From assembly GCA_026770705.1 (NCBI GenBank), contig JANJGN010000301.1, forward strand, positions 1 through 64,000: 64,000 nt of DNA, read 5' to 3'. The position numbers were made by a program, and so were the translations under genes. The notes below the pieces were generated by a model that made no database searches, was not told where the DNA came from, and saw nothing but the letters and a program-made list of their open reading frames with translations. Positions 12,871 through 22,262 of this stretch are shown here, piece after piece. Numbering within the stretch: position 1 is the stretch's first letter; each line of letters opens with the position of its first letter. Origin of the DNA: Isurus oxyrinchus (lineage: Eukaryota).

Positions 12871-14379
12871 CACTCTTGAGTTAGTTTAGATTTCAATAGA
12901 TCCTGTCTTTGTTCTGACTACTCTAAACCAGGTCCTTTTTGCACTCGACTCCATCTCTAGTTGCTTTAATCCAGGCCTTGCCTCAGTGATTACTAAAATA
13001 TCCCCTGTCTCTATTTATATCACACCAGGCCATGTTTTTGTTACTACTATTCCAGGCCATATCCCTATTTATATTAAATAAACTTACACTGCACCACACA
13101 TGTATATGTTTATTTTTAATTCTTTAGTAGCCTCAAAGCTGCATTTTTGATTTACGTTAAAAACACTGTCAGGAATTGGACGATCATGCAGACAAAATGT
13201 GCTTTTCTCCACTGTGGGCCAAATCATCGCCATGTCTATGTGACGTGCTGTAGGCCATATTTCTGTGATGTGCTGCTGTTTCAATGTCCCTTACGCCTTT
13301 TAATGGTCTTTTCGTCCCTGCCCGCAATGCTGCGCAGTTTTTCCCCTAACTCTGTTGTCAGGTTTGTGAAAACTTTGACCTCCTCCTTGTCACAGGGTTC
13401 ATTTGGACGTTGCTGGGTAAGAGATAATTCTGAACACCTCCAAGTCACTCACTGTCGTGACTTGGAAATATATCGTCGTTCCTTCACTGTCGCTGGATCA
13501 ATATCTTGGAACTCCCTCCCTAACAGCACCGTGGGCGTACCTACACCACATGGACTGCAGCGGTTCAAGAAGGCAGCTCACCACCACCTTCTCAAGGGCA
13601 ACTAGGGATGGGCAATAAATGCTGGCCCAGCCAACAAAGCCCACATCCCGTGAACGAATGAAAAAAAAAACATTTTTCAGAACAGAAAGCGGTGACTGTG
13701 AATTTTAAAGCAAGCTCCAAGCACAATGTTTCCTCAAAGTCCATTGCCCGTCCGAGTGTCGATTCAATCTGTGTCCGTTCAAACGGAAATTCTGAATATT
13801 CCCAGCCTGGAAATCAAACATGGCTGAAATGGAACATCATTTTCTATGTACCCCAAAGCAGGACTGGTGCGGGAATCATTTGTTAAATGAAGAAGGGAGT
13901 TTGTTCCTTGTATTTATTCAGGTGTGCCCTGCCGATGGCCGATTTTCTGCAGTTGCTTCGACCTGAGCTGTTTTCTTGGTAGCTTTGTTTGTGGTGCTTT
14001 ACCATCGTCTTCCACGCGCAGGCGCAGGCAGGTCACCAGCCTATCTCAGCCACAACGCAATAGAACCCGTACTGTTGGCATTATTCCGAACCACAAGCTC
14101 GCAATCCAGCGAATTGAACTAATCAGCCTTAACTCGTTTATGTGCATGTTGTGCAGACCTGCCAGGATATTGGTAATGCCACTGGGCTACTTCATATTAT
14201 AACCTGTCCCCAGTTGCTGCTCCGGGGTAGGTGCCGAACCTGAGGCGCCGACCTTCAGGTCAGAAGTCTAACTGAGGTCCCGCCAGCCCGTTCAGAGCGA
14301 TGTTAAACAATCTCCGGAATATTGGGAAAAGAGCGGGGCCGGGGGATTCTAGGTGTCCTGGGCCCACATTCCACCTTAA

Positions 14380-14780
14380 ACAAACACCACCCAATACAAA
14401 CACATGCACCGACCGCCCAGCTCATCACTGCGGGGAAAAGAAGGCGGCAGCACAACTGGCAGTAAGAACAGCGCCCCTCCCCCACCCCTGTACACCAGAG
14501 TATTGTGGGAGGGGCTTTCACATCCGGATCACAATTCAAATGTGGAGTCAGAAAATTGCAGCCTCCTTTTATAAACCTGACGCTTATACAAACAACACTT
14601 AGCCAGCGACCCGGGAATCGTGCGGCAAATCAATGATTTCAGCGGAACTGCCCTGTGCAAATCAACTCAATCCCCCTAAAGTACTTCAGTCCAGCTCTGA
14701 GGTCCGGTCTCCCAGTGCAGTCCAGGTTTGCAGTCTCCAGCTCCCCGTCATATAAACCCTCAGCTCCAGGTAGCAGAACG
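14380..14780 (+). promoter_or_regulatory. Putative promoter of NAR-TCR V1 (paralogous to ~33805-34203)
   Basis: TATA-like CATATAAA ~30 bp before the ATG, GTGCAAAT at 14655-14662, ETS-type ACATCCGG at ~14520. All retained in the second cassette. Confidence 0.55.
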
Positions 14781-15258
14781 ATGGGAATCCTCCTTATTTT
14801 CACCCTGTGTGTCTGTTTACCTCGTGAGTACCGATCAAACAAACCGACATTATGTGGATTTAATATAAAGCTGCCCGAGTCCATGCCGATTACAGACACT
14901 GCCTGGGGTTTAACCCCGTTCTGTGGTTCGGCTCTGATGGTCCATTAAACTATCTCTGTTTAATTTCCAGACTCTTTCAGTCAGTCAGTGGTACAGACCC
15001 CGGCAGCGGTGACCAGGAAGGAGTGTCAGTCTCTCACCATCAACTGTGTTTTCTATGGTGGTTTTTTCGCTCATCCTTTGACCGGCGGGGATTTCTTCAG
15101 ACAAACCCAGACCGGGACAGAGTGGGAGCGGATCTCCAGCGGGGGGAGGTTTATTGTGTCGGTGAATAAAGCAGAAAAGACATTTTCGCTGGAAATTCGG
15201 GATGTGAGAGTTGAAGACACCGCCACCTATTACTGTAAAGCTCAATACCAGTACGACA
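14781..15258 (+). CDS. NAR-TCR V segment 1 (IgNAR-like V): leader exon 14781-14823 + V exon 14971-15258
   Basis: Leader MGILLIFTLCVCLP with phase-1 GTGAGT donor; AG acceptor at 14969-14970. Open V 'HSFSQSVVQTPAAVTRKECQSLTINCVFYGGFFAHPLTGGDFFRQTQTGTEWERISSGGRFIVSVNKAEKTFSLEIRDVRVEDTATYYCKAQYQY'. VNAR hallmarks: SLTINC, ISxGGR, no CDR2, KxFSL.I.D..VED. Confidence 0.93.
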
Positions 15259-15296
15259 CACAGCGATGGGCCTCGGCATCCCGCGATACAAAAACT
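15259..15296 (+). other. V-RSS, 22-bp spacer
   Basis: CACAGCG (15259-15265), 22 bp, ACAAAAACT (15288-15296). Confidence 0.9.
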
Positions 15297-15618
15297 CACT
15301 GCAGATTATCACAGAAACAAATGAAATAGCGGAGTTAATCTGCAGTTTAACCCCCAAAGTTCCGCCTCACACCGTCTGCCTCACAGTCTAGTTTATAAGG
15401 CGATTGGATTATTGCTGTTAGCATCTTGACTTTTATAAATGCCGAGTGTGAGCGGATGATGTCTTTCCTGGGACTGGTGTCAGTGAATGGGGATTGGGAA
15501 TGTTTGATCCCAGTTACAAACCCCTAACACCAGATGTGATCCTGGTCCAACACCTGGAACCGGGAACCGTAGCACCCGCTGTTTAACTGATGTCCCCAAA
15601 TCTCAACAAACGCCCGGG

Positions 15619-15692
15619 GGATCTTATACTGAATTGTAGCACAGTGCATGGGGTAAGGGGAAGTCACAGTGGCAGAGACCTGAGCAAATACC
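15619..15692 (+). other. NAR-TCR D segment 1 (core 15647-15664) with 12/12 RSS
   Basis: GGATCTTAT-12-CACAGTG | CATGGGGTAAGGGGAAGT | CACAGTG-12-GCAAATACC. The paralogue at 35042-35114 has the same layout. Confidence 0.85.
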
Positions 15693-16007
15693 TCTGTACG
15701 ATCACAATATAAATACTCCTGGTCCGGATAGTGAATTATCGGGCTGATGTTATTATTGCTGTAATCTGGTGACATTTAATTGCAATTTCCAACATTCAGT
15801 TATCTTTCTTTCATATTTTTCCCGGTTTATATAAAGCGAGCATCTCGTTTCCGGGACTATTTACTCAGAGCTCAGGGCCTCACAAAGAACAGTTTGAATT
15901 GACAGAGACTTTGAAAGATTGAATATTGTTTGCTTATATAAATCCACTGAATAATTGGACAGTTTCTACTGTCTGATGATGATTTCCCGGCAGGCTGAGG
16001 TGTCGGT

Positions 16008-16104
16008 AGTTGTTGTACCTGGGAGACTGAGAGCGGTGTCACTGTGGTGGTTTATAAATATGATCATGCGGATGGATCCGGGACAGTGGTGGCTGTCACA
16101 GCCG
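16008..16104 (+). other. NAR-TCR J segment 1 (coding 16047-16104) with 23-RSS
   Basis: AGTTGTTGT-23-CACTGTG (16040-16046); encodes VVYKYDHADGSGTVVAVTA; phase-1 donor GTAAGT at 16105. Confidence 0.9.
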
Positions 16105-17004
16105 GTAAGTAACAGCCTGTCGCGGGTAATGTTCATCGTCAGTTTATTATTGATATTAGTGGAGTTTGGGTGGGATGTGGGAGTTGAAGGAATGTGGACC
16201 ATTGTTTGTTCAATGGGGACAACATCAACATCACGGACTCTCACACTCTGAATCGCTTTTAATGAGCGCAGGTTGTCCACAATCTGGACTCCACTCCCGG
16301 TGTTAACTGTGATCGAGGGAGATCTGTCTGTCCCTTAGAACCCGGAAGCGGGGTCACAGAGCTCTCTCCTGGGCAGCAGATTGCAGTCCGAGCCGCGCAA
16401 TTTGAATGGGGTACCGGGTGAATAAACTCAACACAAGTGCGGCCAGTTCGGATACCTGCAGCGGCTTGTTCCAGACCTGACCCGGGAGAAAAACGGGGGA
16501 GTGACACAACGGACTCCAGACAGAAGAGATCCTGATGTGGGTCCAGATAGAATTTTCTTATTGGACAATCAGTGACTGAAATTAGTGACATTGTCACCCC
16601 CCCCCCCCCCCCCACCAATTTCTTTCAATTGTCTTCAACCAATCACTTTCCTCGTTTCCCGCCCTCAGACCGAAATGTGAAAGTTTGGAACTGCAGACAC
16701 TTCTCTATATTGAATGTAAATGTTTGAGGGATGGGATTGCTGTAATTTATCTGTATATCTGATTGCTGTGAAGTAAGCAACACAGTGCAGTGAGACAGTG
16801 AGGATGATGCATTAATCTTATAAGGAGAATAGGAACAAAAGGAAACAATTATAAACTAGGAGAATGCTCATTTACAACCAGCAAGAAAAAAATTAATCGA
16901 AAGGGAGAGAAGTATTGCATGATTTCTGGGCGCCTTTCAAAGTACAATCCGACCCCGGGATGCGTGAGGTTTCTGGAGGGAAGGACTGAAATGGACTCCA
17001 GTCT

Positions 17005-17545
17005 GGAATGCTGTGTAAAGTTTTCGTCTCCTTACTGAATTGAGATCAATCTGCATTGGAAGGAGTGCAGCAAATGTTCATCAGACTGATTCCCGAGATG
17101 AAGAGATTGTCCAATGGGAAGAGATTTAGTCGTCTTGGTCTATATTTCCTCGAGTTTAGGAGAATGAGAGGTGATCTCATTAAAACATATAATATACTGA
17201 AGGGCTTTGACAGGGCAGATTCTGGGTCGGAGTTTCCCCAGACTGAGGAGTATAGAACTCGGGGTCACAGCTTCAGAATAAAGAGTCTTCCATTAGAACT
17301 GAGAAGGAAAAAAATATCTTCAGTAGAACCATTGTTGTGAATCTGTGGCTGTAACTCAGAGAGTGGTGTGTGTTCATAATCCGTGTGCATTCAAGACAAT
17401 ATTCGATAGGTTTTCAGACACTAAACGGAACAGGGGATATGGGGGCAGTGCAGGAATGTGACGTTGAAGTTGTAAATCAGCCAGGATATTACTGAATGGC
17501 TGAGCAGGTTTGAAAGGTGATCTGGCGGCTCCTTCTTCTGTTGAT
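17005..17545 (+). mobile_element. CR1 LINE 3' fragment in the J-Vdelta intron (paralogous copy ~36440-36970)
   Basis: 'LEGVQQMFIRLIPEMKRLS...RLGLYFLEFRRMRGDLIKTYNILKGFDR' is a CR1 ORF2 C-terminus; present in both cassettes. Confidence 0.85.
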
Positions 17546-19008
17546 TCCATTCTCTATTTGATGAAACAAGAAATCAGCAACAATCCACATCTCTCTGGGA
17601 AGATTGAACAGGCTGGGTGTCTTTTTTCTGGAAAAAAGAACCACAAAGAGAATCCATAGAAATTCTTTCAATACTGAACGGTTTTAATGTGGATAAATTG
17701 GTCATTTGTGGTTGAGCCCAAAGCAATAGCCGTCAACATATGACAGTAACTAACAGAACAAATAAAACATTTTAAGACAAATGAATTTAAACAAAGGCAG
17801 ATCAGAATGTGGAACTTGCTGCCTCAGGGAGTGTATGGAGAAAGTATTGATATATTTATTGGAACACTTGAAAACACAGGAGGGAGAACGGAAAAGACCA
17901 GCACAGGGAACTGGATGTAAATGGCCAATTAGATTTTTGGTGGGGTGCGGCTGGAATTGATTATGTTCACAGGCTGAATGGCCCATTCCTCTTCCGCATT
18001 CTTCTTCCCCGATAATGTAAAATTGAGAGAAAACTCCACCCAGTGAACCCGTGAGAGAATCAGTTAACGTGCGGAAAGAATTGAAATTGTCAGAGAGCCG
18101 GAAGAGGCAGTTCCCAGTGAGTAACAGTAAAACCACTGCGGAAACTAAGCAGACTGAACCCAACCGACAACTGAGAGACTTTGGGGCAAGTTCCCACGAT
18201 TGCAATAAGCGCAAACAGCACAAAGAAAATGTGAAATAAAGGGAATGTGAAATTAAAGAAATAAGATTAAATTAATTGCACATATTTGAAATTAAGCTGA
18301 ACTGGAGAAAATACGACCCTACTGATAGAACAGAGAAATACAGCAAAAGGCAGAGAGAAATCCCGGAGTAGTTAAAAGCGCAGTAAATGATTGACCTTTG
18401 ACCACTGGTTCTCACTCTTTGTTTTGCCAAATCGGTGCTGATGATGCCCATCAGTTTGTGTTGGATCTTGCTGTGCTCAGTGATGCCACACAGCTGTGTT
18501 TCTCTGCAACAAACATTTTTTTTTGGAAACTGGTTGCCTCGCTGAGCATAAAATGCTCCCTCGTGTTTGTGTCTCACCAAGGAAAATAGAAACGGGAATG
18601 TAATATAATTCATAGAATTATCTACGGAATGATGACATTCGGCCCCTTGTGTAGGTGCTGACCCTTTAAAAGTGCAATCCAATTTTTCCCACTGTCCATG
18701 AATTTTCTCCATCGCTCTATATTTGTATTTACATTTCCAGCACAGACCCATTACCCGTTTGAAAGTTACTATGGAAGCTGTTCCCACCACCAATTCAGAC
18801 AGTGCAGTCCCCTTCGCAAGATTTCGCCATGTAAACTAAAATATCACCTCATTCCCTATTTGATCATATTTCAATAACAGTGAACACGGTTCAAACAGGC
18901 TTCTAGCAAATAAAATTACTGCAAAAAGCAGAGCTATTCACGCGATTGAATTCACCTGGACAAACAGAGGCTTAACAAAAATAAAATGTTCATTTTTCTA
19001 TCCTCCAG

Positions 19009-19314
19009 ATTCCAGTTCCGTAATTTCCCGGGATCCGCCTCTACAAACCGCTCCTGCCGGTGACACCGTTACTTTAAACTGTGAATACTCAGGTATCTGT
19101 CAGTACACAGTACACTGGTACCGTCAGTCCCCCGGACAGGCTCCGGAATATCTGCTTCAGAGGCACACTTCAGGAGAGGAGAATAAAGAAAACGCTGCAG
19201 GGGGAAGAATTTCTGCTTCTATCGATTCTGCCGAGAAAATCAGCCAGTTAGATATCCCCAAACTCCAACTGAGCGACTCCGCTGTGTATTACTGTGCACT
19301 GAGTCGGCGCACAG
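19009..19314 (+). CDS. TRDV: Leaderless supporting TCR-delta V segment 1 (not in the ORF track: no start codon)
   Basis: Acceptor TCCTCCAG (AG 19007-19008), phase 1. Open exon 'DSSSVISRDPPLQTAPAGDTVTLNCEYSGICQYTVHWYRQSPGQAPEYLLQRHTSGEENKENAAGGRISASIDSAEKISQLDIPKLQLSDSAVYYCALSRRT'. No leader exon seen upstream; extra Cys in CDR1. Confidence 0.92.
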
Positions 19315-19466
19315 CACAGTGATACAGAGCACGGATAGAGCTATACAAAAACCTGAACATGGTGGGAATACAGACACAGTGATACAGAGCACGGAGAGAG
19401 CCGTACAAAAACTTGAACATAATGGGATTACAGACACACCGTGATACAAGGCACGGAAAGAGTCCA
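19315..19466 (+). other. Tandem RSS array: two complete 23-RSS and a third partial one
   Basis: CACAGTG(19315)-23-ACAAAAACC(19345-19353); CACAGTG(19375)-23-ACAAAAACT(19405-19413); CACCGTG(19437) with a similar spacer but no nonamer. Period 60-62 bp. Confidence 0.92.
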
Positions 19467-19829
19467 AATTGTTCATTTTCGGGATTAAGTTGAAAGGAGC
19501 ACACACATACACACAAACACAGGTATACACACAAATACATATACACAAACACATATATACACACAGGCACACACATAGAAGGGAGTGGGGGGAGGGTGGG
19601 GTGGGGGGAATCACCTAATCTCCACGAATGTATTTACAATTGAGTTTATAATGTTCTAGCACAGCAAAAAGCCATTAAACCCATCAAGTTCGCACATTCC
19701 TTCTGGCTCCTTAGAGCCTTAAGTATTTTTATAAATCGAGTCGCCTACAATACTCCTGCTAAAATAATTCATTCAATTATCCATTCTTCACAAACGATAT
19801 GCTCTATTTGGGCATAAATGGTTGAAGGT

Positions 19830-20370
19830 GGCCTGACAGCCTGAGAAAGTGGCGCTTAAACATCCGGGATCATCGGTTTCAGCGGCATGGAGTCCAAAGG
19901 AAAGGAAATGCTACTGATCCTCTTAGGAAAGCACTGGTTCCCCCTCAACTGGAGCATTGTGTCCACTTCCGGGAATCGCACTTTAGGAAGGATGTGAAGG
20001 GTTTAGAAAAGTGGCAGGGAAGTTGACCAGAATCGTCCCAGGGATGCAGAACTTCAGTTAATTAGATAGATTGGGGAAACTGGGTTTGTTCTCCATAGAG
20101 AATGGAAGGTTCAGGGTAGATCTGATCGAGTGTTCAAAACCATGTGTCTCTGAGCCAAGTAGATCAAAACAAAAAATAAAAACAGAATTACCTGGAAAAA
20201 CTCAGCAGGTCTGGCAGCATCGGTGGAGAAGAAAAGAGTTGACGTTTCCAGTCCTCATGACCCTTCAACAGAACTGGATTATTAGATTTATTTTAGAGCA
20301 AAATAAACTGTTTCCATTTGGTAGAAGGGTAGAGAGGAAGAACAGGAGGTTGAGTTTCGATTCGCTTCCT
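19830..20370 (+). mobile_element. CR1 fragment interrupted by a short Penelope terminal repeat
   Basis: 'LGKLGLFSIENGRFRVDLIECSK' is CR1 C-terminal sequence; Penelope end at ~20165-20276. Confidence 0.7.
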
Positions 20371-20604
20371 TGGTGAATGGGTCGTGGAAGGCAGAGGCTC
20401 CAACAGTTCACTGCGGCTGGGAAAGCTCACTATATATGACACAGGGAGTGTGGGCGGCACTCTGCAAGAATTTTCCGCACATTGGCGCCTGTACAAATCC
20501 ATCGCTTTTGTCCATTAAGACCGAATGTTTATTTTTGAAGTCACTTTTCGTATAAATCGAGTCTTCGTACCCGCATACAAATCAAATATGCACAGCCTGC
20601 TATG

Positions 20605-20644
<40 letters not shown>

Positions 20645-21334
20645 AGGGCCGACAGTGGGTCACAGAAACCTGGCCGCCGGAACTCAATGGCTCAGGACAA
20701 ACAGCACCATGATTGGCTCTTTCTCCTATTGATTCGGGGTCAGGAGGTTACGGAGTATCTTCAGAGTCCGCCCAGCATTAAAACACCCAGCTGTAAATCG
20801 TGTAACTCTTCACCCGGACCTTGGAAAAAGGGTCAAACCGCAGTTCTTAAAGGGGCCCTGTACCTCTCCAGCTGTTTCGCTAAGTTTTAATATTTAAGAG
20901 GAGTGATTAGTGGTTGAAACATGGATCGGAAGAAAGTGACATTTTTTGATACATTTGATTCAGCAAGGTGGCTAAACATCAATTGTTTAATTTCAATATC
21001 TAAAAATGATTTCGTACAGTCAATGCGTAAAGTAGAAACAACAGTTTCCTAGGAGTACATGCCATTAATTCAATGTAATCTTGTAGTAGTAAACACAATC
21101 CGGATCTTGCTTATCCCTGTATCCTCATAAAGCAAAACACGTGGACTTGGGACTACAATAATAATTAGGGCCTGGTAAATGCTAACAGAGACAGAGCCTA
21201 GTGTAATAACCAAGGTGTAATTGGCTAATAATGGGAATCCATTAAAACATTCACAGAGAAAGAGCTTAACGTCATAATCAAGGAGCCTAGGGCTGGTACA
21301 AAAACATCTTAATATTTTCTATTGTGACATATGG

Positions 21335-22262
21335 CTTATGTGGGAGGTATGATTAGTAAGATGCGGATGACACAAAGATTGGCCGGGTGGTTAACAGTGA
21401 GGTTGAGTGTCTTGGGCTACAGGAAGATATAGACGGGATGGTCAAATGGGCAGATAAGTGGCAGATGGAATTTAACCATGAAAAGTGTGAAGTGATGCAC
21501 TTTGGAAGGAGTAACTTGACAAGGAAGTATTCAATGAACGGCATGACACTAGGAATTTCTGAGGATCAAAGGGACATTGGCGTGTGTGTCCACAGATCTC
21601 TGAAGGTGGAGCGGCATGTTAGTTGGATGGCGAAAAAGGCATATGGGACACTTGCCTTTATCAATCGAGGGACAGATTCTGGAGGTAGGGAGGTCATGTT
21701 GGAGTTCTATAGAACCTTGGTGAGGCCACAACTGGAGTACTGTGTGCAGTTAGGAAGGATGTGATTGCACCGGAGGGGGTGCAGAGGATATTCACCAGGA
21801 TGCTGCCTGTGATGAAACATTTAAGTTATGAAGAGAGGTTGGATAGAGTTGGGTTGTATTCGTTGGAGCAGAGAAGACAGAGGGGCGACCTGATCGAGGT
21901 GTACAAGATTATGAGGGGCATGGACAGATTGGATAGGGAGCAGCTATTCCCTTTAGTTGAAGGGTTAGTCACGAGGGGACATAAGTTCAAGGTGAGGGGC
22001 AGGAGGTTTAGGGGGATGTGAGGAAAAACCTTTTTACCTGGAGGGTGGTGGCGGTCTGGAATGCGCTGCCTGGAAGGGTGGTGGATGCGGGTTGCCTCAC
22101 ATCCTTTAAAAAGTACCTGTATGAGCACTTGGCACGTCTTAACATTCAAGGCTATGGGCCAAGTGCTGGTAAATGGTATTAGGTAGGTAGGTCAGGTGTT
22201 TCTCACGTGTCGGTGCAGACTCGATGGGCCGAAGGGCCTCTTCTGCGCTCTGTGATTCTGTG
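21335..22262 (+). mobile_element. CR1 LINE 3' end
   Basis: 'WADKWQMEFNHEKCEVMHFGRSN...LVRPQLEYCVQ', 'LSYEERLDRVGLYSLEQRRQRGDLIEVYKIMRG'; typical tail 'atgggccgaagggcct...tgtgattctgtga'. Confidence 0.92.

Noticed and set aside
15300-15618. Additional D segment between V and D
   Set aside because: A nonamer-like ACAAACCCC near 15515 has no correctly spaced heptamer in either cassette.
14781-16104. Stand-alone IgNAR cluster
   Set aside because: Only one D, no constant exons, and the next exon is a leaderless TCR V with a CDR1 Cys; this fits NAR-TCR instead.
19315-19466. CRISPR-like repeat-spacer array
   Set aside because: Eukaryotic locus; the units are RSS duplications with near-identical intervening sequence. 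The same applies to the 28.6, 33.1 and 59 kb minisatellites.
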